Shown here one piece after another: positions 38,801-46,422 of a stretch of DNA of 59,822 nt. The stretch spans positions 1 to 59,822 of the IMG/VR virus record IMGVR_UViG_3300021959_000041; one strand, given 5' to 3'. The stretch comes from a virus. Its lineage: Duplodnaviria > Caudoviricetes. The notes under the pieces are model-generated. The model searched no databases. It saw only the letters and a program-made list of their open reading frames with translations, and was not told the origin of the DNA. The translations under genes and the position numbers were made by a program. Numbering within the stretch: the first letter of the stretch is position 1; each line of letters opens with the position of its first letter.

Positions 38801-40828
38801 AACATTACTATAAATTGTTTCATAAGTTTCTTTAGTAGGCTTAATAACAAATTTATATTTTGTTGCCCAGATTGGAGCTATCTGAGTTGTAGGTATTTCT
38901 ACTTGTATATAATTTCTATCAATTGATTTACTACACGGAATATTAATTGAACCTCCATCCTCAATACTACTAACTAAGGCTGTTGAAGCTCTGTTAAAGT
39001 CATCCATATAAACTATACCAACCTCATAACCTCTATTACTATGTAAACTTTCAGCGCTTGTGCTATCTCTAAAAGAAGCAGTTTCGTTTACTATACCCCA
39101 ATATGTAAAACCATATTGAGCTCCCCCATCAGAATATTGTGCCGCTAAGTTTTGTATTTGTAAAATTTTTGAAGATGTACCATTAATAGTTGCTGTTAAA
39201 GCTTGACCAGCGTTTGGAAACGTTGGTGTCGCAGAAGTTATTCCAGTTTGCTGCAAACTGTATGTAGAGTCTAAGTTTTCTGGGACTGTTCTATTAAAAA
39301 CATCTGTTAAAGTGTTACCTAGTCCAGCTTGTGCGTTTGCAACGGTTTGTATTGTTCCGTTTACTCCATCAGTCCCTATCTTTTCTTGAAAGTCAGTGCT
39401 TGTAACAAAACTATATACATTTGTATAATCATCTATTAAAGTATAAGACCATGTAAGTTCAAAAACTGCTGTGGTTGGAGTTGGAGCTGAGCCAAAACCC
39501 TGTTCAAACTCAAAAAAAGTTATACCAAAATTTAATGTTAATCTTGTTCCTTTTTTTAATTGAGACTCACCCTGTACTAAAGAACTTAAATCAATATTTA
39601 ATACTGAATCTGAAGTTGTTTTACTTGATGAAGTAGGCGTATATGTAAATTGTCCAGAACTTGTGTGAGCAGGAATATCAATAATAGATATTGATTCTGA
39701 TTTATAACTTGCTGTAAAATCTAAATTAACATTTACTCCTTCACTTGTTTTTAAATCATAACCTTCCATGTAGTTTCCATACATCAACCTATTACCCATC
39801 AACGTTTGTGCTTTAGCTAATTGAGGAACGTTATCATATAATCTTAAAATTTCTGAATCTGGTAATACAGTAAATATTTCTCTACTTGTAAAATTATACA
39901 CTTCATCATTATTACTTATACCACTCAAATTTTTTCTTTTATTTAAAGTTTTAATAACTTTAATAGAAGTACTATCAGCTTCTTTGAAAAGTAATTGAAC
40001 ATCAGTTACACTAGTACTACCAGTATTAAATGTAATAGAAACAGCATTGTTTTGATTAACCATTCCTTCATTTAAATAACTATTGGTAGTAAAATCAAAA
40101 TTACCAGGTGTAAATGCTGGCTCACTAAACTGAGAAATAGCTGAAAATTCATTATTAGCATACTTATATCTATAAGCAAAACATAAAAACTTATCTTCTA
40201 AATACGCATCAGTTATGCTTGAAACAAAATATGGTAGTATTGTTGGAGCGCTTGTAGGAGGTTTTTTTATTACTAAAATATCGTCTTGATTAAATACATC
40301 AACGTTTACTCCAAGTAATGGGTCTCCATAGTTTTGATTTATATTAATTACTCTAGGAGGATTAGTGTTATCTGTAAAAAATAATAAATTATCTATTTTA
40401 TCTACTCCTGTAATTAAAAAATTTGGATTAAAGTTTAATGTAGTGTTTACGCCATTGCCGTCATTAATACTAATTACGTGGTATATTAACTGTCCAGTTT
40501 CAACATCAAATGAAATTATCAAATCTAATTTACCTGTAGCTCCTTGAGTAAATGCAGGGTCATGAACAAACCAATAAATAACTAAATTAGCCCCGTCTTC
40601 AAATGCACCTATACATCTAGCCTGTGAACTTAATTTAGTTCCATCAACATATTGAATTTCTGTTAAAGGTAAATTTCCTTTAGAGTTTTCAACAGCACCA
40701 ATTTCAGAGTCTTCAGTAGAACCAAGCCTTACATTTACAGCATTTACATACTCTCCATTTGGGACAAGCCTTTCATCAAGGCTTTTATTCATTCGGCCCG
40801 CTATAAAATTTCTTTGAATGTTTGCCAT
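35861..40828 (-). CDS. tail nozzle/stabilization protein (large), with Pro/Cys-rich C-terminus, 1655 aa
   Basis: N-terminal F..GRMNKSLDERLVPNGEY..A.NVR...GAVENSKGN, LLFFTDNTNPPR, FAYRYKY, NRLMYGNY; follows the ring proteins. Confidence 0.75.
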   Translation of the reverse strand: MANIQRNFIAGRMNKSLDERLVPNGEYVNAVNVRLGSTEDSEIGAVENSKGNLPLTEIQYVDGTKLSSQARCIGAFEDGANLVIYWFVHDPAFTQGATGKLDLIISFDVETGQLIYHVISINDGNGVNTTLNFNPNFLITGVDKIDNLLFFTDNTNPPRVININQNYGDPLLGVNVDVFNQDDILVIKKPPTSAPTILPYFVSSITDAYLEDKFLCFAYRYKYANNEFSAISQFSEPAFTPGNFDFTTNSYLNEGMVNQNNAVSITFNTGSTSVTDVQLLFKEADSTSIKVIKTLNKRKNLSGISNNDEVYNFTSREIFTVLPDSEILRLYDNVPQLAKAQTLMGNRLMYGNYMEGYDLKTSEGVNVNLDFTASYKSESISIIDIPAHTSSGQFTYTPTSSSKTTSDSVLNIDLSSLVQGESQLKKGTRLTLNFGITFFEFEQGFGSAPTPTTAVFELTWSYTLIDDYTNVYSFVTSTDFQEKIGTDGVNGTIQTVANAQAGLGNTLTDVFNRTVPENLDSTYSLQQTGITSATPTFPNAGQALTATINGTSSKILQIQNLAAQYSDGGAQYGFTYWGIVNETASFRDSTSAESLHSNRGYEVGIVYMDDFNRASTALVSSIEDGGSINIPCSKSIDRNYIQVEIPTTQIAPIWATKYKFVIKPTKETYETIYSNVAYRDTVSNSSYFLLDGENASKVEAGDTLIVKADNTGPTSRCIRTTVLEKEAQSSGFISIYDASGTQVDVIGGVYMKINASNFSSIQDPNAVIAVDPVERTCRTDGEIPTIAFPFFTTVNRPSPLTPTYDVYDVPVGSRIVMRVEMRRNGTGTGADGRRNYTLEQTLTASTNYTNMANWFIGDNVASILDSGVKNPGQVQTIENTFISPQVNNGAAPLGVAANEIIHSACKQDSDLRGNNLFGGGTPSSLDFNDNFYYRIYEDTSTQDSNGNNLIFLLVSGSYSAGKTENEESMLEVSFTVYRGDGATYVFETEPQDALPDAWYENSKSFNISNGLHLGNVQNQTSSQPALIKPGFTNCYSFGNGVESYRIRDSIKGKSFNLGNRVFTTSNEEFKAAHRFADITYSGVFNDESNVNRLNEFNLGLANFKPLEETYGDVEILFARETDILVLQEDKISYVLAGKNLLSDSTGGGVVTSVPQVLGTQIARIEEYGISNHPESFATFGQNKFFTDAKRNVVIKLTGSSAQNEILTVISNEGMRSWFRDLFAEASSTQKLGGYDPYMQEYVFTTNTIVKPETELCTACGVTKNITIVAGQEFVYCVELGETVGPPSNLNYVEIDYVIPFENTDLIVTEGTEQQMVSEAGLDLETEGQVTGTGYIVQAIYDGVTYTTGIVYQSGTLRFPKPNPTPTEVVMIISSDAIVNDTIQVTVKCPEEEVFSVYSVTLTTNANSGQFSHTEFSWTNLTVTSPTQSDLVTFLASPSDPIVSQYRELEGPQALGVIPPDGSTIIMRSNKINFDDFQFDPIENEFRYLRTDALYENNPTDISILLAASIKATPINTTGAPNLYSAEFGLPANGNKLYLIYDLRNAVGQELCYSSTSLLDACCNCTFTPSPTPSPTPSPTPSPAPVYDYFLGIDCVSLQAVYVKANQTLGIVVGDEVQYQFGSIIGCVSLYDVGGSGQNGEVIVQVAGCGDSRCST
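36083..36127. repeat. 12-bp tandem repeat TGGACTTGGAGT (about 3.75 copies) encoding (TPSP)n on the minus strand
   Basis: Seen directly; similar imperfect 12-bp arrays near 35114-35180 and 33727-33777. Confidence 0.9.
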
Positions 40829-40829
40829 T

Positions 40830-41750
40830 TTATTTTAACCACTTATCTTCACCTCTAAGATTCATAAGCAATCTACTAGGGTGAATGTTACTTAATCTGA
40901 TTTTAGCATTTCTCAATAAAGCTTGTTTGTTTTTTCTTGCTCTATTAATAATATACTCTTGTACTCCAAATTTACTATTTAATATAGCATATTGTATGTA
41001 AGCATATATATAATCTTCAAATAATTTATTTACACTTATTTTAGAGTCATCACCGTTTTCCATCCCATCAGATATATACTGTAGTACACATTGTTGGTTT
41101 GCCATAGTAGAATCAAAATTAATAACACCAGCTTTTTTATCTATAGTAAACGTGGGGTTTATATTAGCTGTTTCAGTATTTAAACCATATCTCGCTCCTA
41201 TTCTATAATTGTATATATCACTATCATAATTATACACATTAGGATTTACATTTTCATCTATTTCATCATTTAAATATATACTCTTTAATGACCCATTTTT
41301 TCTTTCTGTATCTAAAGTTGAATCAACCACAGTTGCGTTACCATCACCATCATAAGTAAATGAAGCTGTAGCCGATTGTATATAAGACACTGCTGATTGA
41401 ACTTGAATGTTTTCTGTTAATTCTCTTAACACATTATCTTTTAACAAATATAACTTTACCCAATTAACATAATCAGGAGGCAAAACAAATCTTAAGTCGT
41501 CATACACTTGAAGCTCTAAATTTTTAATTTCTTTAAAAGCATCATAGTTTAATTCTTGTATACCACGTTTTGCATGAAACAATATTTTAAATCTATTTTC
41601 ATTATTAATTAACTCATGGTTTCCAGCATACATTAACTGAAAATTTTTGACAATATCTTCTAAACCAACATATTGATAAGAACCCCAATTTTCATCCGTA
41701 GGATTTACACCATCATTAGTATAATATTTTCTTTGATTTATATATGCCAT
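40830..41750 (-). CDS. tail ring/tubular (adaptor) protein
   Basis: LPPDYVNWVKL, LQYISDG motifs and position between head and nozzle genes. Confidence 0.6.
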   Translation of the reverse strand: MAYINQRKYYTNDGVNPTDENWGSYQYVGLEDIVKNFQLMYAGNHELINNENRFKILFHAKRGIQELNYDAFKEIKNLELQVYDDLRFVLPPDYVNWVKLYLLKDNVLRELTENIQVQSAVSYIQSATASFTYDGDGNATVVDSTLDTERKNGSLKSIYLNDEIDENVNPNVYNYDSDIYNYRIGARYGLNTETANINPTFTIDKKAGVINFDSTMANQQCVLQYISDGMENGDDSKISVNKLFEDYIYAYIQYAILNSKFGVQEYIINRARKNKQALLRNAKIRLSNIHPSRLLMNLRGEDKWLK

Positions 41751-41752
41751 AA

Positions 41753-42484
41753 TTATAAATTAGTTTGATTTTGTTGTTGGTCTTCTATTTGTCCAAATTG
41801 AAACACGTCAGCTTCTCTAATTGATATTCCTGCGTATTGTAATATCTTAGCTACTAAATTATTTGAATCATCTATTGGTAATTCAAAGTCTTGGTAATCC
41901 GCTTGTGTTTGGTCAAACAGTGGTTCACCTCCGTATAACGTTACATACGTCCATTTAGGGTCTAAAGGGTATCTTATATATTGAGCTTGAACATCATTTA
42001 CACCATTAAATGTATCAGGGTATATAACAACTCCATCAGCTTCTTGTGTATAGGCTGGAAATATAGTAGATGGTGATGTAAGCAGTGAGCTGTTTAACAT
42101 AGTAATCTTACTATTAGTCACCTTTTCAGCTTCTCCTTTTAAGACACCTCCCGAAAAACATAATACTTTATTCAATAAATAATAATCAGAACCCGTAGTA
42201 GAAGTTGATGGTAAAAAATAAACGTTTTGATTTTTTTGAGTTAAGAATGATGTAACTGAAAAAGTATCAATTACTTCTTCATATCCTTTTTTAATATCAG
42301 CATATCCCGTTCCAGATATTCTTGCATTCTCTTCATTAATTTGCTGATTATATCTTATGAAATATTCGTCAAATATATCTAACTGAGCTTGTTTAGCAAA
42401 TAAATTAAAATCACCAGGAGATATATATCCGTAGTTATTTTTATTGATAATAGCAAGGACAGTATTTCTTACAGAATTTATCAT
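41753..42484 (-). CDS. head-tail connector/ring protein
   Basis: NKNNYGYISPGDFNLFAKQAQ...YIRYP...DFELP; position. Confidence 0.6.
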   Translation of the reverse strand: MINSVRNTVLAIINKNNYGYISPGDFNLFAKQAQLDIFDEYFIRYNQQINEENARISGTGYADIKKGYEEVIDTFSVTSFLTQKNQNVYFLPSTSTTGSDYYLLNKVLCFSGGVLKGEAEKVTNSKITMLNSSLLTSPSTIFPAYTQEADGVVIYPDTFNGVNDVQAQYIRYPLDPKWTYVTLYGGEPLFDQTQADYQDFELPIDDSNNLVAKILQYAGISIREADVFQFGQIEDQQQNQTNL

Positions 42485-42515
42485 TTGAAAATCTTTTTAC
42501 AAAGATACATAAAAT

Positions 42516-42545
42516 AAAAAAGCACCTAGGATTTAGGTGCTTTCT
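42516..42545 (-). terminator. intrinsic terminator
   Basis: AAAGCACCTA/TAGGTGCTTT hairpin with T run on the minus strand. Confidence 0.8.
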
Positions 42546-42568
42546 CGCTGTCGATAGTAAAGGAAGGA

Positions 42569-42853
42569 TTATATTGTTCCTACTGCTACACTAGTAAACA
42601 CTAGTCCACCAGTTTTAGCTACTGGTATTGCTGCGTTTGTCCAAGATGTTTCTGCTGCAGTAACTAATGCTGCATTTACATTTGCACTAAAGCCTGAAGT
42701 TAATCCAGTTCCAGTAACTGTCATTTTGTGTGTTCCATTAGTCAGATAAATTTCTCCTGCAGTTGAACTTGCTGTTTCTGCATAAAGAATTGAATCTGTG
42801 TTGATGTGAACATTACCGTCACTTGCTGTATCTAAAGTTATATATTTTGCCAT
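42569..42853 (-). CDS. small structural protein (possible capsid decoration)
   Basis: Ala/Thr/Gly-rich 94 aa with own promoter element (42883-42890) and terminator. Confidence 0.55.
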   Translation of the reverse strand: MAKYITLDTASDGNVHINTDSILYAETASSTAGEIYLTNGTHKMTVTGTGLTSGFSANVNAALVTAAETSWTNAAIPVAKTGGLVFTSVAVGTI

Positions 42854-42887
42854 GTTAAAAATTTTATGGGTTAAACAAAAAGCAAAG

Positions 42888-43691
42888 TTACGAATTTTTT
42901 GCTAACGCTTTTAAATGCTTAAAAGAGTCAAGACCTTCATCACTTTGAAAGTAAGAACCTATTATGAATAAAGGGTCTTCACCGTATGGTATATTACACA
43001 TTTTCTTTTTATTTGAATCTGTGTTAAACCACACCTCTTTCTTATTGTTTCTTAACTGTATTAGATTTTTATCTAAAATGTTTTGTATGTCAGCATTAAA
43101 TTTAAGAGCCGGGTCTTTTAATAAATTCATAAAACCACCAGGGTTTTGTTTTGCAAATATTAATATATCCCTTCTTAATTCAGCTGTTGTAACTTTTGAT
43201 ACATCATTCTGAAATAAAACTCTAGCTACGTTTTCAACTTGTTCAACTGTTAGCTGTCTTGCTTCAATTAAAGCATCAACTTCTAAGTTTAAGTCTTCAA
43301 CTAATTCAGCAGCTTCTTTTGCTTTATTAACTTCCACAAATATTCTTCCTTTCCCTGGATGTAAATCCATGAACTTTTGAAGTACCTGATTATTCTTTGG
43401 TACATGTAAGAATCCATCTTCAAATACAATTGGCTCAACAATAGCGTTATCATCTTGCTCATCTTGAAATGGAGAGTTCTGGTTTCTTGCATATCTAAGA
43501 GGCCTATTAAGACCAGTGTCCTCATCAAAGTGTAACAGCGGAAACCTTGTTGTATGCCTTGATGCTAATATCAAAGATAAGGGAGCTGTTTCTCTTGTAA
43601 GTTTATATTGTTTATCTACGAACTTTGGTGTAGATTTTTTGGGAGTAATTTTTACTGTGTCCATTTTAGGACTTGTCTTTTCTTTTTTCAT
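42888..43691 (-). CDS. hypothetical protein downstream of the major capsid gene
   Basis: ORF track, 267 aa; head module position. Confidence 0.75.
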   Translation of the reverse strand: MKKEKTSPKMDTVKITPKKSTPKFVDKQYKLTRETAPLSLILASRHTTRFPLLHFDEDTGLNRPLRYARNQNSPFQDEQDDNAIVEPIVFEDGFLHVPKNNQVLQKFMDLHPGKGRIFVEVNKAKEAAELVEDLNLEVDALIEARQLTVEQVENVARVLFQNDVSKVTTAELRRDILIFAKQNPGGFMNLLKDPALKFNADIQNILDKNLIQLRNNKKEVWFNTDSNKKKMCNIPYGEDPLFIIGSYFQSDEGLDSFKHLKALAKNS

Positions 43692-43715
43692 TTGATTTAA
43701 TTTAATTTAAAATTT

Positions 43716-43743
43716 AAAAAAGGGGCACATTGCTGTACCCCTT
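43716..43743 (-). terminator. intrinsic terminator after the major capsid gene
   Basis: AAGGGGTACA-GCAA-TGTGCCCCTT followed by T run on the minus strand. Confidence 0.85.
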
Positions 43744-43754
43744 GTAATTAAGTA

Positions 43755-45212
43755 TTAGTCTTGGAATAAGAAGAAGTTGTTTGCACCTAGAGTACATACA
43801 GCTCTCTCAGACAAGAAGTTTACTTGCATGTTATCGATATCTGACGTTGCAGCACCACCAGCAGAACCAGTAATCCAAGTCTTATATCTTCTGTCTTCAG
43901 TTTCTGAAGCTCTATATCTAACATGTAAGAAAGGTCTCTTAGCGTTTTTACCAAGAATTTGGTCATAAACACTTGTAGAACCAGCTGGAACTAATAGTCC
44001 ATTGATTTTACCTGAACCTGCACCTGATGGTAAACCACCTCTCATTGTAGGGTCGTTTAAATATTTCCAATCAGTCTTATAGAAATCGTATCCTCTTCTG
44101 AATCCAGAGAATCCTAAGTTCAATGCCATTTCTTCGTCATTGTCAAATAGACCGTAAGAAGTACCACCCGCTCCGTAAGAGTTTTGAGCAGCTAACATAT
44201 CGTCCATATCAAAAATGAATTGTCTGTTTGCAAAAATTACATTTTCTTCAATAGCTCCTTGTTTGTCTAATCTACTAATGATTGAATCGAAGTCTGCTAA
44301 GGTAGTTGGATTACCACCGTCCCAGATGTTTCCTCTTTGAGAAACTGCATAGAAAATACCGTCTGACCCAGCACCTGGGTTAGCAGCACCACCTGCGCTT
44401 CCTAAGATTGCAGCAGCTCCAGAGTTTTGCTCTGCAGGTACAGCTTCAATCATAGCTGTTTCTAAATAGTCATCGAATCTTAATCTTGTTTCGTGCTCAG
44501 ATTTTAAGTACCAAAGGTAACCAGTAGCACCATCTTCAGTAGTAACTTCTACCCATCCGATTTGAGCCATATCAGAACCAGCTACGTTATACGTATCTTT
44601 AATAATGATTGGTTTGTTATCGAAGATAAAGTCATTAGCTTCTAATGAACCTACCATACCTGCTGTTCCTTTTTTAAATTCTGAACCGTAAATAAACACT
44701 GTAACATCTGCGTTACCTGCTCCAGTACCTGAAGTTACTAAACCACCTGCTTCATAAAAGTCAGCTGTGAACTGTCCTTTACCACCACCGGCATTGTTTA
44801 CTGCACTTACAACTGCTTTGTTAAGACCTGAACCATCGTTTTGAACAATCACTACTGTTTGTCCTACTCTGATTACTTGCTCAGCAGTCGCTGGGTCGAT
44901 TGCATCGTTTACCTGAAATATAGCTTGGTCTTGACCTGCTGCTACTGCAGTACCTACTTGTGTATATTTCGTGTGTAACCTACCTTGTTCAGCCCATTTG
45001 ATAAGGTCTGAGTTTGTAGGCATTTCCGCTCCTACCATTCTTAAGAATGAAGAAATCGTTCTATTACCGTATCTTTCAAATTCTTTTTCATACGTATCAG
45101 GAAGATACTGATTTAAGAAATCAAAATTTACAATATAGTTTTGGGCTGTTGGAGTTCTTTCTGAACTCGGAGTCAACGCGAATGTTGGCGTTGCTTTTAC
45201 TTGTCCTGCCAT
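43755..45212 (-). CDS. major capsid protein
   Basis: 485 aa, after portal and scaffold, followed by a strong terminator; composition typical of HK97-fold capsid proteins. Confidence 0.85.
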   Translation of the reverse strand: MAGQVKATPTFALTPSSERTPTAQNYIVNFDFLNQYLPDTYEKEFERYGNRTISSFLRMVGAEMPTNSDLIKWAEQGRLHTKYTQVGTAVAAGQDQAIFQVNDAIDPATAEQVIRVGQTVVIVQNDGSGLNKAVVSAVNNAGGGKGQFTADFYEAGGLVTSGTGAGNADVTVFIYGSEFKKGTAGMVGSLEANDFIFDNKPIIIKDTYNVAGSDMAQIGWVEVTTEDGATGYLWYLKSEHETRLRFDDYLETAMIEAVPAEQNSGAAAILGSAGGAANPGAGSDGIFYAVSQRGNIWDGGNPTTLADFDSIISRLDKQGAIEENVIFANRQFIFDMDDMLAAQNSYGAGGTSYGLFDNDEEMALNLGFSGFRRGYDFYKTDWKYLNDPTMRGGLPSGAGSGKINGLLVPAGSTSVYDQILGKNAKRPFLHVRYRASETEDRRYKTWITGSAGGAATSDIDNMQVNFLSERAVCTLGANNFFLFQD

Positions 45213-45234
45213 GTTATATTATTTTAAATTATTA

Positions 45235-46377
45235 TTACGTTTTTTTTATACTCTTAATTCGCAGTCCTTTGCTTGAAGGCTGAGAAACTGCTTTCACTTG
45301 AAAACCTGATTTGACAGAAACCTCTGGTGCACTACGCTCAGTCATATTGACATTTTTTGTTTTACGTATTACATCGTCAGTTGCCTGTGATTGCCCTTGT
45401 TCATAAAAGAACTGAGCAAACTTTTCAGGATTCATTGCAATAGCTAAAGCACGGTGGTATCCCTCTGCATCTTTCATAAAGCCTTGTGAATCCATATATT
45501 TATTTATAAAATTTAAAGGACTTTCTTGAGCTTTTTTAAGTTCAGAAGCACTACCTGGCGAATACACTAACTCATTTTCTCCTATGTTGAATTTAAAACC
45601 TTTAAATTCGGAGCTGAATACTTCGTCACTTTTTTTAACGAACCATTCTCTTTTCTGAGTTGCTTCTTCTTGATGTGTTTTAGCTGACTCTAAATATTGC
45701 CTATATTCTATTAGTTCATCGTTATTTACAGAGGCAGAACTTTCCCTTGACTCAAGGGGCTGTTTGTATTGTTCCTGTTGTTGACGTAAAAACTTTTTAG
45801 CTTTAGCAATCTCTTTTTTCTTTGCTAGTTTTATTTTTTTAATTTCAGTTGGTTCATGAACATCTTCGTCATAAACAAAATCTTCCATCAATAAATCTAT
45901 ATCTTCTGAATCTAAACCTTCTTCAGTTATAGAGTAATATTCACGTAGCAAAGCATCTGGACTTAAATCAGTGTAATCTCTTTGCAGTTTTGCAAAGTCA
46001 TTAAAACCACGTCCAGTTTCTTTTTTATACTTTAGGTAAGCAGCAACGTCTTTAGGAAGCGGTTCGCTTTCCTCACGCTTGCTAACTAATTCATCAATAG
46101 AATTAATTTCCTTACCGTATCTTTTTCCAATATATGAAAGAACTTCATTTTCGTCTAACTCTTTTGGAGTTAAAGTTTCTTGTTCTACAGGAGCTTCAAC
46201 TTTATCCGTATTATCTTCTGTTGTATTGTCTTGTTCTACAGTTTCTTCTTGTGTTTCAGTAGAATCAACTTGTGCAGTTTCTAACTGCTGTTTCTCCTCA
46301 TGCTTATCAAGGAGTTCTTGTTCTATTTCTTGAGTCGACTTTTCTTCAGCCGTTACTTCTCTTACTTTAATATCCAT
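45235..46377 (-). CDS. putative capsid scaffolding protein
   Basis: Very acidic N-terminus, coiled coil, between portal and capsid genes. Confidence 0.65.
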   Translation of the reverse strand: MDIKVREVTAEEKSTQEIEQELLDKHEEKQQLETAQVDSTETQEETVEQDNTTEDNTDKVEAPVEQETLTPKELDENEVLSYIGKRYGKEINSIDELVSKREESEPLPKDVAAYLKYKKETGRGFNDFAKLQRDYTDLSPDALLREYYSITEEGLDSEDIDLLMEDFVYDEDVHEPTEIKKIKLAKKKEIAKAKKFLRQQQEQYKQPLESRESSASVNNDELIEYRQYLESAKTHQEEATQKREWFVKKSDEVFSSEFKGFKFNIGENELVYSPGSASELKKAQESPLNFINKYMDSQGFMKDAEGYHRALAIAMNPEKFAQFFYEQGQSQATDDVIRKTKNVNMTERSAPEVSVKSGFQVKAVSQPSSKGLRIKSIKKT

Positions 46378-46399
46378 TTGATTTAATTTAATTTAGTTG

Positions 46400-46407
46400 C
46401 AAAGTTA
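46400..46407 (-). promoter_or_regulatory. Bacteroidota -7 promoter element TAACTTTG (representative of a family)
   Basis: Same TAnnTTTG just upstream of minus-strand genes at 671, 3327, 3997, 28355, 30176, 35848, 42500, 42883, 48899, 52162 and 53565. Confidence 0.75.
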
Positions 46408-46422
46408 CGCAAAATTTAAACA

